64,000 nucleotides of DNA from Candidatus Levyibacteriota bacterium (GTDB lineage Bacteria; Patescibacteriota; Microgenomatia; Levybacterales; UBA12049), in NCBI GenBank assembly GCA_003152105.1, contig PLZJ01000002.1, positions 311,761 through 375,760 of the forward strand, written 5' to 3'. Position numbers and translations under genes: made by a program. Positions 29,140 through 38,844 of the stretch are shown piece after piece; the stretch's first letter is position 1; each line of letters starts with the position of its first letter. Under the pieces are notes generated by a model. That model worked only from the letters and a program-made list of their open reading frames with translations. It did no database searches and had not been told where the DNA came from.

Positions 29140-29544
29140 TTATTTTAAAACTACTCGTGTTTTAATAGGTAATTTATGCGCTGCTAGTCGAAGAGCCTCT
29201 CTTGCTACTTCGTCAGTAACTCCACTCATTTCAAAAAGAATTCTCCCTGGTTTAACTCGAGCAACATATTCAAAAATATCACCTTTTCCTCCACCCATTC
29301 TTACTTCTGGTGGTTTTTTAGTAATTGGTTTATCTGGAAATATACGAATCCAAAGCTTTCCTCCGCGTGCGGTATAGTGAGTAATAGCACGTCTTGCCGC
29401 TTCTATTTGTCTGCTAGAAACCCAAGAAGTACCTTCTGACATTAATCCAAAAGTACCAAAATTTACACGCGTTCCTCGCGTGGCATTTCCAGGCATTTTT
29501 CTTCTCATTTGTTTTCGATATTTAACTCTTCTTGGTAATAACAT
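29140..29544 (-). CDS. rplP: 50S ribosomal protein L16
   Basis: [14 protein letters not shown]...G.A..G..V.FG.FGL. Confidence 0.9.
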   Translation of the reverse strand: MLLPRRVKYRKQMRRKMPGNATRGTRVNFGTFGLMSEGTSWVSSRQIEAARRAITHYTARGGKLWIRIFPDKPITKKPPEVRMGGGKGDIFEYVARVKPGRILFEMSGVTDEVAREALRLAAHKLPIKTRVVLK

Positions 29545-29547
29545 ATT

Positions 29548-30198
29548 TTATTCCTTATCTTCTGGTTTATTGATCCATACTTTTACTCCGATATATCCTT
29601 TTTGTGTTAATGCTGGTGAACTTGCATAGGTAACATGTTCGCGAATAGTTGAAAGGGGAACAGTCCCTTTTTGAATTTTTTCTCTTCTCCCAATTTCTGC
29701 TCCTGCAATACGTCCTGATAATAGAATTCGGACACCTTTCGCTCCAGATCCCATAACTCTTTCTGCAGATTGAGCAATAACTCTTTTATATGGCATACGT
29801 CTGATTAATTGATCAGATATATTTTTTGCAACAAGATATGCGTCAAGATTTGGTTCCTTTACTGGTTCAATGAGAAGATCCAATTTTGGTGTATTTTTGG
29901 TTCTACTACTATCTTTTAATAATTTTTGTAAAAATTTCTTTATTTCTTCTGCTCCTGCACCGCCTCTACCAATTACCATACCTGGTCGAGAAACATATGT
30001 TATTACTTTAATGCTATTAATTGATCTCTCAATTTCAACCCGAGCGATCCCTGCATTTTTTAACTTATCCATAAGAACTTTTCGAAGCATATAGTCTTCT
30101 AGAAGTACTTCTTTGTACTGTTTATCATCAAACCATCTACTAGTCCAGTTGTATAATGGACCGGTTCGAAGCAGCATTGGATTAATTTTTTGTCCCAT
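29548..30198 (-). CDS. rpsC: 30S ribosomal protein S3
   Basis: MGQKINP...R and a KH domain (...GMVIGRGGAGAEEIKK...). Confidence 0.9.
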   Translation of the reverse strand: MGQKINPMLLRTGPLYNWTSRWFDDKQYKEVLLEDYMLRKVLMDKLKNAGIARVEIERSINSIKVITYVSRPGMVIGRGGAGAEEIKKFLQKLLKDSSRTKNTPKLDLLIEPVKEPNLDAYLVAKNISDQLIRRMPYKRVIAQSAERVMGSGAKGVRILLSGRIAGAEIGRREKIQKGTVPLSTIREHVTYASSPALTQKGYIGVKVWINKPEDKE

Positions 30199-30204
30199 AG
30201 GTTA

Positions 30205-30567
30205 CTATTCGCTCGCAGCGACTATTTCTCCTTTCTTTTCTTTACCTTTTAATATTATTTTAATATGACTTGTACGTTTTTTGTATGGATGCACTCTACC
30301 TCTTGAAGAAGGATGAAAGCGTTTTAATGCAGGTCCTTCATTAACTTCAACGCGATAAACATATAAACTATCTTGTGCAATGTTTTTAACACTTGCATTA
30401 GCAATTGCACTTTGTAGTGTTTTATATAAATCTGTTGCTGCTCGTTTGTTGGTTAACATAAGAACATCCAATGCTTTATAAATAGGCACGTTACGTATAA
30501 GCTCAGCAATTAAGCGAGCTTTTCGTGGACTTATTTTTGCTCCTTTAGATTGTGCTATTATTTCCAT
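30205..30567 (-). CDS. rplV: 50S ribosomal protein L22
   Basis: ...ISPRKARL.A..IR......A...L..... and RF.P.S.GR...Y.KRTSHI. Confidence 0.9.
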   Translation of the reverse strand: MEIIAQSKGAKISPRKARLIAELIRNVPIYKALDVLMLTNKRAATDLYKTLQSAIANASVKNIAQDSLYVYRVEVNEGPALKRFHPSSRGRVHPYKKRTSHIKIILKGKEKKGEIVAASE

Positions 30568-30572
30568 AATTG

Positions 30573-30857
30573 TTAGGTTTTAGATATCTCTCTTGCGACA
30601 ACTCTACCATGACTTCTAAAAGTACGTGTTGGTGAAAATTCACCCAATCTATGTCCAACCATGCCCTCAACTACGAGAACATTTACATGTATTCTTCCAT
30701 TGTGTACACCAATAGTGTGTCCAACAAATTCAGGTGGGATCTGTGATGCTCTTGCCCATGTTTTAATAGGCGACTTATCGCCACCGGATTTTTGAGCCAT
30801 CACTTTTTTTAATAGTTTTGGGTCAATAAATGGTCCTTTTTTTGTACTTCTACTCAT
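30573..30857 (-). CDS. rpsS: 30S ribosomal protein S19
   Basis: MSRS.KKGPFID..L.KK and ...HNG....V.V...MVGH.LGEF.PTRTF..H. Confidence 0.9.
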   Translation of the reverse strand: MSRSTKKGPFIDPKLLKKVMAQKSGGDKSPIKTWARASQIPPEFVGHTIGVHNGRIHVNVLVVEGMVGHRLGEFSPTRTFRSHGRVVAREISKT

Positions 30858-30860
30858 ATA

Positions 30861-31616
30861 TTATTTACTCTTTCTTTTACTTTTTCTTCTACTTAAAATT
30901 AGACTATTGCTATACTTTTTTCGATTTCTTGTTTTTCCAACCGCTTTTCGTCCAGCATATGTTTTAGGACTTTTCATACCAATTCCTGATCTTCCTTCTC
31001 CTCCGCCATGGGGATGAGATCTTGGATTTTGTGCGACTCCTCGAACAGTTGGACGAATACCTAAATGGCGTTTTGCTCCAGCTTTACCAAGTACTCTATT
31101 CTTCCAATCAATATTTCCAAGTTGTCCGATAGTTGCCATTCCATCTGCTCGAACTTTTCTAACTTCACCTGAGGGCATACGTAAATGAACAAATGCTCCT
31201 TCCTTAGCTGCAACTGTAGCTGATGTACCTGCGCTTCTTGCAAGTTGTCCGCCTCTACCCGGAGTAAGTTCTACATTATGAACTGTAGTGCCAATAGGTA
31301 GAGATTTTAATTGATGTGCATGTCCCGCTTTCAAATCTGCGTCTTTACCTGAGTTAATTGTATCATTTAGATTAAGTCCTTCAGGTCGTAATATATATCT
31401 TTTTTCTCCATCATGATAGTGAATCAAAGCAATATCAGATGATCTATTTGGATCATATTCTATGGAAACTACTTTCCCAACTACTCCGTCTTTATTTCGT
31501 TTAAAATCAATTTCACGTAAGAACCTTTTATGTTGTCCACCTTGATGTCGAACAACTACATGTCCTTTTTGATCTCTTCCCGAATGTTTTTTCTTAATGT
31601 GCTTTAAGTTTTTCAT
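30861..31616 (-). CDS. rplB: 50S ribosomal protein L2
   Basis: ...GRD..G...VRH.GGG.KR..R.IDF.R.KDG... and ...RNP..HPHGGGEG. Confidence 0.9.
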   Translation of the reverse strand: MKNLKHIKKKHSGRDQKGHVVVRHQGGQHKRFLREIDFKRNKDGVVGKVVSIEYDPNRSSDIALIHYHDGEKRYILRPEGLNLNDTINSGKDADLKAGHAHQLKSLPIGTTVHNVELTPGRGGQLARSAGTSATVAAKEGAFVHLRMPSGEVRKVRADGMATIGQLGNIDWKNRVLGKAGAKRHLGIRPTVRGVAQNPRSHPHGGGEGRSGIGMKSPKTYAGRKAVGKTRNRKKYSNSLILSRRKSKRKSK

Positions 31617-31617
31617 T

Positions 31618-31911
31618 TTAAGCTCCTAGATCGAATAAGTCAATTTTTTGTCCTTTTTCAAGCCTAACAATTGCTTTTTTAGTTGGTGATTTCTTAATTT
31701 CAGTTCTTTTAGCTCCTACCCGTTGTGTTTGGCCTTTTGTAATTTGTGTTGTAATACTAAGCACAGTGACGCCATACATTTTTTCAACTGCCTTTTTAAC
31801 GTCATACTTACTTGCAGAAAGACCTACCAAAAAAGTAAATTTATCATTGGTCACATCTTTCATAGATTTTTCAGTAATGAGTGGTTTGAGTAAAACATTA
31901 TGTGCATCCAT
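31618..31911 (-). CDS. rplW: 50S ribosomal protein L23
   Basis: ...L..P.ITEKS......N.F.F.V...A.K.....AVE..Y.V.V. Confidence 0.9.
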   Translation of the reverse strand: MDAHNVLLKPLITEKSMKDVTNDKFTFLVGLSASKYDVKKAVEKMYGVTVLSITTQITKGQTQRVGAKRTEIKKSPTKKAIVRLEKGQKIDLFDLGA

Positions 31912-31913
31912 AT

Positions 31914-32636
31914 TTATAGTTCACCCTTTCTTAAAAAATGAGTACTTAAGCTTTCTACTGCATTTTTAGTAAATAATACGATTTTACTATTTACTATTTC
32001 ATACGTATTAATTCTGTCTGCATGAAGTAGAGTTATGCCTGGCAAATTTTTAGTTGCTTGTTTGATGTTTTTTAGATTTTCTGCTCCATCCTTTTTAGGT
32101 AATACAAATAAAACTTTTCGTTTTTTACTTTCAAGTGATAAGTCTTTAAACGCTTGTGCCATTATTTTTGTTTTAGGTTCTGTTATTTCAGTTGCAGAAA
32201 GAAAAGTAATATGACCTTCTTGCAATTTTGAAGTTAGCGCACTAAAAAGTGCTGCTTTCTTCATCTTTTTCGAAAGCTTTAAACTATAATCAGTTGGTTT
32301 AGGTCCATGAGCAATACCTCCATGAACAAAAATTGGTGCTCGTGCGCCACCATGTCGTGCTCTTCCAGTCCCTTTTTGTTTATAAATCTTTCTAGTTGAT
32401 CCTTGCACTTGACCTCTGGTTTTTGTTGAAGCATTTCCCTGACGTTGATTAGCAAGATATACTCTAATAGCTTGAGCCATTAACGTCGGATTAATTTTTG
32501 CACCAAAAATTTCCGTTGGTAAAGACAGTAAGCCTGCATTTTTTCCTTTGAGATCTTTCATCTCAATTTCTATGCCTTTTGCTTTAATTACAGCTGTTGT
32601 TTTTTTAGGTAACGGGGCTGTTTTTTTAACTGGCAT
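31914..32636 (-). CDS. rplD: 50S ribosomal protein L4 (N-terminal extension in the track ORF; the true start may be the internal MKDLKG...)
   Basis: ...Q...V...LAN.RQG.ASTKTRG.V.GS.RK...QKGTGRAR.G..R.P. Confidence 0.9.
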   Translation of the reverse strand: MPVKKTAPLPKKTTAVIKAKGIEIEMKDLKGKNAGLLSLPTEIFGAKINPTLMAQAIRVYLANQRQGNASTKTRGQVQGSTRKIYKQKGTGRARHGGARAPIFVHGGIAHGPKPTDYSLKLSKKMKKAALFSALTSKLQEGHITFLSATEITEPKTKIMAQAFKDLSLESKKRKVLFVLPKKDGAENLKNIKQATKNLPGITLLHADRINTYEIVNSKIVLFTKNAVESLSTHFLRKGEL

Positions 32637-33561
32637 TTGCTTCCTCCTTTACGTTTTCAGTAGGTGCTTCAGTTTCTGTTTCAGTTATCTGTATATCAGT
32701 TTTTTGTTCATCGTTTGTTATATTTTCTTTAGTTTCTTGATCATTTTTTTCTTCAGTTGGAATTTCTTTTGGTGTTTCTTGCGATTCTGGTAGAGTGGTT
32801 GGGGTTGGTTCAGTTTGTTCGATTGTTTCTTCTTGTTTTTGTTCTTCAGTGGAGTAGAGGGGGATATGTTTTTTGTTTTCTCCGGTTTTTGAAACTATTA
32901 CGAGTCCATTTTTGCTTCCGGGGATAAGTCCCTTTAGCCAAAGTTCAGAATCAGTTACTTGTAATACTTCCAAATTTTGAACAGTAACTTTCTCATTACC
33001 CATTCTACCTGCCATTCTTTTACCTTTATATACTCTTCCTGGAGTTGTGGTTTGTCCTATTGATCCTGGTGCTCGTTCACGATCTGATTGTCCGTGAGTT
33101 CTTGGGCCACCTTTAAAATGATATCTTTTAACTCCTCCTGCAAATCCTTTTCCTTTTGAAGTGCCAGAAACTGCTACAAAGTCTCCTGCGCTTAAAACTT
33201 GTGTTGGGGTAATTACATCTCCGACTTTTGGTAGTGATTCTGCTTGCATGGTTTCTTCAGATACTCGTGCTTCTTTAATGAATTTTGGTGTAATATTGTC
33301 TTTGTGCGAGTGTTTAGAGTGGCCTAGGAGGGATTTTTTGGAGTTCTTGCGGCTACCTACTCCAATTTGAATTGAATTATAGCCATTTGCATCTTGTTTT
33401 TTAATTTGCATGACAATATTTCCAGATACGTTAATTTGGGTAACTGGTACTCGTTGCCCATTTTGTAAAAATTTTTGTGACTGATTAATTTTAATTCCAA
33501 GTAATGTTTGCATAATCATTAAAAAAGCGGCCATTGGGCCGCAATTACGGTATAATCGCAA
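32626..33561 (-). CDS. rplC: 50S ribosomal protein L3 with an acidic T/E/P-rich C-terminal extension of about 100 aa. The likely start is one of the ATGs at 33519 or 33513, not the track start
   Basis: MQTLLGIKI..S.......G..VPVT.I...GN.V..IK... and ...F..G..V.V.G.SKGKGFAG..KR. The tail EEQKQEETIEQTEPTPTT...TETETEAPTENVKEEANAS is not part of the conserved L3 core. Confidence 0.85.
   Translation of the reverse strand: MRLYRNCGPMAAFLMIMQTLLGIKINQSQKFLQNGQRVPVTQINVSGNIVMQIKKQDANGYNSIQIGVGSRKNSKKSLLGHSKHSHKDNITPKFIKEARVSEETMQAESLPKVGDVITPTQVLSAGDFVAVSGTSKGKGFAGGVKRYHFKGGPRTHGQSDRERAPGSIGQTTTPGRVYKGKRMAGRMGNEKVTVQNLEVLQVTDSELWLKGLIPGSKNGLVIVSKTGENKKHIPLYSTEEQKQEETIEQTEPTPTTLPESQETPKEIPTEEKNDQETKENITNDEQKTDIQITETETEAPTENVKEEANAS
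33527..33542 (-). terminator. GC hairpin plus U-tract (GCGGCC-CAAU-GGCCGC UUUUUU on the minus strand) 1-7 nt upstream of the L3 start codons. A candidate attenuator/terminator inside the 190-nt S10-L3 spacer
   Basis: A perfect 6-bp GC stem with a 4-nt loop at 33527-33542, followed on the minus strand by six U (33526-33521), then AAUGAUUAUG. Confidence 0.5.
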
Positions 33562-33717
33562 TTAGCTGCTCACTTTATGTGCCCGTTTGTCGCATTCCGT
33601 TTTCCACGAACATAAATTTATATAGTATTGTAGCAAAAGTTTAAAGCTAATGCAACGGAGAAATTTAAAAATTAGGCTAGAAAACCATTGTTGACATGCT
33701 GTTTTCTTTGAGGCTTG

Positions 33718-34026
33718 TTATATTTTAATTTCAATGTCGACACCTGCGGGTAATTCTAGATGAGTTAGAGAGTCTATTGTCTTTTCGGTTGGTTGCATAA
33801 TGTCGATTAAGCGTTTATGTACTTTTAGTTCAAAATGATCTCTGGCATCTTTATCGATAAAAGGGGATTTATTAACGGTATACACTGTTCTATTTGTAGG
33901 CAAAGGAATAGGGCCAATAACTTTAGCTCCGGTACGTATTGCCGTATCTAAAATTTGTTGACAACAAGCGTCTATTACGCGTGCATCATAGCTTTTTAAA
34001 CGAACTCTAATTCTACCTTTTGGCAT
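33718..34026 (-). CDS. rpsJ: 30S ribosomal protein S10
   Basis: IRV.LK..D...ID.....I......G..V.GP.PLPT... and ...VHKRLIDI...T..T...L..L.LPAGVD..IK. Confidence 0.9.
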   Translation of the reverse strand: MPKGRIRVRLKSYDARVIDACCQQILDTAIRTGAKVIGPIPLPTNRTVYTVNKSPFIDKDARDHFELKVHKRLIDIMQPTEKTIDSLTHLELPAGVDIEIKI

Positions 34027-34055
34027 ATGATTTCCTTTTTCCTTTTAATGTGCTG

Positions 34056-34064
34056 ATTTTACCA
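34056..34064 (-). promoter_or_regulatory. extended -10 element TGGTAAAAT (minus strand) upstream of rpsJ, followed by an AAGGAAAAAGGAAA Shine-Dalgarno region
   Basis: Read on the minus strand: ...ttttatggtaaaatcagcacattaaaaggaaaaaggaaatcaATG. Confidence 0.45.
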
Positions 34065-34074
34065 TAAAACTGGG

Positions 34075-34097
34075 CATAAAAAAAGACGCATCAGCGT
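34075..34097 (-). terminator. intrinsic terminator after tuf (GACGC-UGAU-GCGUC + U7 on the minus strand)
   Basis: Hairpin at 34084-34097, then a T-run (A-run on plus, 34075-34083) immediately downstream of the tuf stop in the transcript direction. Confidence 0.6.
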
Positions 34098-34118
34098 CAT
34101 TTCTTATATCCATAGATT

Positions 34119-35303
34119 TTAAGCAATGACTTTTGTTACAACTCCTGCACCAACTGTTCTCCCACCTTCTCGGATTGCAAATCGCATTCCGTCTTCCATT
34201 GCAACAGGTACAATGAGTTTAACTGTCATTTTCGTGCTATCACCAGGCATTACCATTTCAACTCCTTGTGGAAGAGATACATTTCCTGTTACATCAGTAG
34301 TTCTAACATAGAATTGAGGTCGATATCCAGTAAAGAATGGAGTATGTCTACCGCCCTCTTCTTTAGTTAAGATATATGCTTCTGCTTCAAATTCAGTGTG
34401 AGGAGTAATTGATCCGATTTTTGCAATAACTTGCCCGCGCTCTACATCACTTTTTTCAATTCCTCGAAGTAATAATCCAACGTTATCTCCTGCTTGTCCT
34501 TCATCGAGCAATTTTTTGAACATTTCAACTCCAGTAACAACTGTGGTTTTTGTTGGACGTATTCCTACAATTTCAACAGTATCATTTATCTTGACTTGAC
34601 CTCGTTCAATTCTCCCAGTTACAACTGTGCCTCTTCCTTTAATTGAGAAAACGTCTTCAATAGGCATTAATAATGGTTTATCAATTTCACGAACTGGTGT
34701 AGGGATATATTCGTCTACTTTATCCATTAATTCTTCGATTGCTTTTACTGCTTCTGGATCTCCTTCAATAGCTTTTAACGCTGAACCTCGAACAATAGGA
34801 GTATCATCTCCAGGATATTGATATTTAGTGAGAAGTTCTCGAACTTCCATTTCAACTAAATCCAATAATTCCGGATCTTGAACCATATCAGTTTTGTTCA
34901 TAAATACGACGATTGCAGGTACGCCTACTTGTCTTGCAAGAAGGATATGTTCTCGAGTTTGAGGCATTGGTCCGTCTGGTGCAGAAACAACAAGTATTGC
35001 ACCGTCCATTTGTGCAGCTCCGGTAATCATGTTTTTGATATAGTCAGCATGACCAGGAGCATCAATATGAGCATAGTGTCTTTTTTCAGTTTCGTACTCA
35101 TTGTGGGAAATATTAATTGTGACGCCACGTGCTCTTTCTTCTGGAGCATTATCAATATCCTCATATTTTTTGGCTTGAGCCATTCCTTTTTTAGCAAGAA
35201 CTGTAGTAATTGCTGAGGTTAATGTCGTTTTTCCATGGTCGACGTGACCAATGGTTCCGATATTTAAATGTGGTTTATTGCGTATAAATTTATTGTCCGC
35301 CAT
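34119..35303 (-). CDS. tuf: elongation factor Tu
   Basis: ...[19 protein letters not shown]... and [38 protein letters not shown]. Confidence 0.95.
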   Translation of the reverse strand: MADNKFIRNKPHLNIGTIGHVDHGKTTLTSAITTVLAKKGMAQAKKYEDIDNAPEERARGVTINISHNEYETEKRHYAHIDAPGHADYIKNMITGAAQMDGAILVVSAPDGPMPQTREHILLARQVGVPAIVVFMNKTDMVQDPELLDLVEMEVRELLTKYQYPGDDTPIVRGSALKAIEGDPEAVKAIEELMDKVDEYIPTPVREIDKPLLMPIEDVFSIKGRGTVVTGRIERGQVKINDTVEIVGIRPTKTTVVTGVEMFKKLLDEGQAGDNVGLLLRGIEKSDVERGQVIAKIGSITPHTEFEAEAYILTKEEGGRHTPFFTGYRPQFYVRTTDVTGNVSLPQGVEMVMPGDSTKMTVKLIVPVAMEDGMRFAIREGGRTVGAGVVTKVIA

Positions 35304-35605
35304 ATGTATTTTTTAAAAAAAGAAACTTCAAAAAGAAGTCTATATGCACTATACATTACTTTTGCTTTTTCGTCAATACCTTTTTTTTTAGAACCAAAGG
35401 CTTGTTATTTTTCTATTGCTGAGGCTTTAGATTGTTGAATAAGCGTCGACGGAGAATATGATTTTTTTTGAAACTGACTAAGAAAGAAAGCAAAAACTAT
35501 GATAAATAGCGCTAATATAAAGGGAACAAAAAGTTTTCCCATACAGAGCTACCTTAATTATATGCATCATTTGCATATTGTCAAGTTCATGTATATAAAT
35601 TTAAT

Positions 35606-36694
35606 TTAATAATATGAATAGGCCCAATACCCGCTGCCATTTATGCCGTTGTCGTTTGCAAATTGTTGTTTTTGACTTGCAGATTTTTGATCTTCAAACC
35701 AGATAATATGGTTAATCCCAGAGGAGTCTGTATAGGTAATTTCTGTTTCTTTAGATATCGGATCTTGTTTAATCTTGCAATTTTTTTCTGAACAAGAAGT
35801 TGCATAGGTGTTTTGTATTTGTTTAAGCGTTAAAGATTTAGCTTGTGAATTCGAAATATTATTTTTATCTACGCTCCAGTCGTAGCCAAATAGTCCATAT
35901 ATTATTGAAAGTTTTTGCTTCGGTACAGAAGCAATATAATCATTTATCATAGTTTGAAAATCGTATCCATATAGTTGCTTATCAGAAAAGGGAAAATTAG
36001 GACCTGGATTTGCACCATCTGCTTTTGAAAAATCATAGGTCATTACATAAATTCTATCTACTTTTCCTCCAATAGTTTTGACATCAAAGGGGCGTGCACG
36101 ATAAAAAGTATCACCATATAAAGCAATGCCGAATTGTAGGTTATTTTGTTTTGCGTCAGTTGTAAATTTTGATACAAATGAATTTATTTGTGTTACTAAG
36201 CTGTTGAATGATATTGCTGAAATTTCAAAATCTAATACGACTCCATCAAAATTATATTTTTTTGCTATTTGATCGCTTTGCGTAATAACGCCATTTTCTG
36301 CAACTTGCGAAGAAAGAATTGATAAATTCTGGTCAGAATTTATCATGCGAACCACTAAGAGTTTTTTTTGACTAGCGTCTGCATCTTGGATAAAAAGTGG
36401 AATTGTTTTATATCCAATCTCATCGGTATCTATTCCGTTTGCTGTTGGGGTAATTCCAAAATATATCAGCTCATCGCTATTTGATTGTATTTTTTGATTG
36501 GATAGTGCCCAGTATGGAACAAAAAGTGACGTTATCTTAGGCGACGTTGTTGAGGTAATAGTTGATCCAAGAGTTACTGAGGGTTGGTTTTGAGAAATCG
36601 GGGAGAGGGTTTGTTCTTTAGAATTAAAAATGACCAGATAAGATAAAAATAACAATATTACAAGTAATAATAGCCAGGCGCTAAATTTTTTCAT
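35606..36694 (-). CDS. secreted GH18 (chitinase-like) family protein with a non-canonical catalytic motif (DGVVLDFE instead of DGxDxDWE)
   Basis: Signal-peptide-like N-terminus. Has ...FVPYWAL..., ...NFDGVVLDFEIS..., ...VMTYDF... and a C-terminal ...GSGYWAY pattern typical of the GH18 TIM barrel. The middle Asp of the catalytic triad is Val. Confidence 0.5.
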   Translation of the reverse strand: MKKFSAWLLLLVILLFLSYLVIFNSKEQTLSPISQNQPSVTLGSTITSTTSPKITSLFVPYWALSNQKIQSNSDELIYFGITPTANGIDTDEIGYKTIPLFIQDADASQKKLLVVRMINSDQNLSILSSQVAENGVITQSDQIAKKYNFDGVVLDFEISAISFNSLVTQINSFVSKFTTDAKQNNLQFGIALYGDTFYRARPFDVKTIGGKVDRIYVMTYDFSKADGANPGPNFPFSDKQLYGYDFQTMINDYIASVPKQKLSIIYGLFGYDWSVDKNNISNSQAKSLTLKQIQNTYATSCSEKNCKIKQDPISKETEITYTDSSGINHIIWFEDQKSASQKQQFANDNGINGSGYWAYSYY

Positions 36695-36782
36695 TGTCTC
36701 ATTATATAGTATGTGGAAAGTGGAATAGTTGCTAAGAAGTATTAACGAATATAAGGCTTAGAAAACATATATCTTTTACTGA

Positions 36783-37460
36783 TTATTTTTGTTGTGATTT
36801 TTTTATGACGAGGAAATATTCTTCTTTTGGAAAAGTATTAATCTCTTTTATCGCATAGTTTATGTCTGCTTGTTGAGACTTATGTGAAGAAATAGCTTCA
36901 ATGACTTTTGGAAATACGTCAGAAATTGTGATAATCTTATTGACTTTAATTCTTTCATATCCTCGAGGTACGTATACAAACTCTGAGTAATATTTTCTCA
37001 CACTTTTTGATCTTTCTTCAAGAAAGCATGCTTGCCAAAGTTCGTTTGTAGAACGGGATTTTTCAAATACGAAAGAGGCAATATGTGAAATTGCTATATG
37101 GTCTAAGTGGCCAGTAATACCATTTGGGGCAATAGTAATTAGTATCTTAGGCGATAGTGTATCTAAAATTTTCAATATGGCACTTGTAATGTCTCCATAT
37201 ATGCTATTTGAAAGATAGCCATCCTCGAAGCCTAGAAAATAGACATTCTTTACTCCTAAGATTTTCGCAGATTTTTTTAGCTCATCTACCCGGCGTGTGG
37301 CAAGTGTATTTTTTTCATCTAAGCTATCCTCTCCAGCTTGTCCATTTGTGGCACAAATTAAATATACATTATTGTTCTTGCAGAGCTTAGCTAAAGTTCC
37401 TGCCATAAAGAATGCTTCATCATCTGGGTGCGCAATAATACCTACGATTGTTTTTTTCAT
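36783..37460 (-). CDS. PIG-L/LmbE family N-acetylglucosaminyl deacetylase
   Basis: ...IVGIIAHPDDEAFFMAGTL... (AHPDDE zinc-binding motif), ...GITGHLDHIAISHIASF... Confidence 0.75.
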   Translation of the reverse strand: MKKTIVGIIAHPDDEAFFMAGTLAKLCKNNNVYLICATNGQAGEDSLDEKNTLATRRVDELKKSAKILGVKNVYFLGFEDGYLSNSIYGDITSAILKILDTLSPKILITIAPNGITGHLDHIAISHIASFVFEKSRSTNELWQACFLEERSKSVRKYYSEFVYVPRGYERIKVNKIITISDVFPKVIEAISSHKSQQADINYAIKEINTFPKEEYFLVIKKSQQK

Positions 37461-37506
37461 CCTATATATAATTGCATTTTATCATACTGACTCGTATGAT
37501 ATTTTT

Positions 37507-38115
37507 ATGTTTGAAAAAGCATTAGTACATTTTAAAAAGGTTGATAAAGTGCTATACCTGGTTGCACAAAATAGCAAACCGATAAGGTTACAGACTTCAA
37601 ATGATTTATTTGATAGTATTTGCAGAGAAATAATCGGCCAACAATTATCTGGTAAAGTTGCAGATACTATATATAAGAGATTTATTGAATTATTTCCACA
37701 TCAAAAACCAACGCCTACTGCAATTAGCTTATTGAGTGCTGATCAACTACGAAATGTCGGAATGTCTTGGGCTAAAGTGCGTTCATTATTAGACTTAACA
37801 GATAAAATTACTACTTATAAGTTAAATATAAATTCTCTCGAGAATTTAGATAATGAGTCAATAGTTTTGGAACTTACAAAGATAAAAGGAATAGGGCCCT
37901 GGACCGCAGAAATGTTTCTCATGTTTGCATTAGCCAGAGAAGACGTATTTTCACCAGGAGACGTAGGATTAAAAAATGCAATAACCAAACTTTATAAGTT
38001 AAAAGAAAAACCTGATGAAAATAAATTGCTTGCTATATCGAGAAAATGGATTCCTTATAGAACGTATGCGTCAATAATATTATGGAACTTTTTAGATAAT
38101 AACCTCCAAAAATAA
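37507..38115 (+). CDS. HhH-GPD superfamily DNA glycosylase (AlkA / 3-methyladenine glycosylase II-like). The true start is ATG 37507, not the track start 37297
   Basis: ...LTKIKGIGPWTAEMFLMFALAREDVFSPGDVGLKNAI... (helix-hairpin-helix plus Gly/Pro loop plus catalytic Asp). The upstream part of the track ORF overlaps the LmbE gene on the other strand. Confidence 0.75.
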   Translation: MFEKALVHFKKVDKVLYLVAQNSKPIRLQTSNDLFDSICREIIGQQLSGKVADTIYKRFIELFPHQKPTPTAISLLSADQLRNVGMSWAKVRSLLDLTDKITTYKLNINSLENLDNESIVLELTKIKGIGPWTAEMFLMFALAREDVFSPGDVGLKNAITKLYKLKEKPDENKLLAISRKWIPYRTYASIILWNFLDNNLQK

Positions 38116-38137
38116 TTTTAAATCCAAAATAATTAAC

Positions 38138-38752
38138 TTATGAGAGTGCTAAAAATGTATTAGCTTGAAGCGGAATTTTTGGTGTAGGTTTTTTTCTCAA
38201 GTGTAGTGTGTCTTTGTTTCCAGATGCTCCACCCAATAGCCGCACAATCATTATCGCAGGGTCTTTTCCTGAAAAGCCTTGATGATATATTTCGGGCTCG
38301 ATTTCGTGTGTGTTTCCTGGTAGTAGTAATGTGCTACCCAAAGATATTAGTTGATGATCCCTCATTCTATACTGCGCAATCTCTAATGGGCCGGATTTTT
38401 CTCCGGGAATTATGTAATACAATTCATCCGGTTGATTGGCTGGTTTTTCATTAAAGGCATGGTTGTGTAATGAAGTGTTAGCATAGGAAGGAAGACCAAG
38501 AACATAGATTCTATCCTTACCGCTAATTTCTCCGTCAATAACATAAAATGCATCAGACCCTTCATGTCTTATAAATTGCGTAAATGTGGAAAAATGTTCA
38601 TCCAATTCTTTTTTTGAAAAAACATTTTGTAAAACGAGCTCATTGATAAGCGTTTGCTTCCATTCAAGACCTAACCCCTCTCTAAATGGATTTACTATTA
38701 GTGAAGTACCCATGTGTTCGCCCATATGTTGCTTGTCATTTTCTGCCTTCAT
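38138..38752 (-). CDS. hypothetical protein (possibly cupin-like)
   Basis: 204-aa soluble ORF with His-rich patches (HNHAFNE, HEIEPEIYHQG). No confident family assignment. Confidence 0.35.
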   Translation of the reverse strand: MKAENDKQHMGEHMGTSLIVNPFREGLGLEWKQTLINELVLQNVFSKKELDEHFSTFTQFIRHEGSDAFYVIDGEISGKDRIYVLGLPSYANTSLHNHAFNEKPANQPDELYYIIPGEKSGPLEIAQYRMRDHQLISLGSTLLLPGNTHEIEPEIYHQGFSGKDPAIMIVRLLGGASGNKDTLHLRKKPTPKIPLQANTFLALS

Positions 38753-38844
38753 GAAAAATTATTCTATCATTTACGTTTTTAGTATACAATTTATCATAAA
38801 ATGTATAAACAAAGTGCTTTACAATCCAAAAATTATGTGTTATT

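Noticed and set aside
35406-35543. A possible 45-aa hydrophobic ORF (minus strand) in the tuf-GH18 intergenic region.
   Set aside because: It is below the ORF-track length threshold and has no SD or promoter support visible. It is not reported as a feature.
37297-37506. An upstream 70-aa extension of the AlkA-like glycosylase ORF.
   Set aside because: It overlaps the LmbE deacetylase gene on the opposite strand. The HhH-GPD domain begins after ATG 37507. The extension is hydrophobic junk in the wrong frame context.
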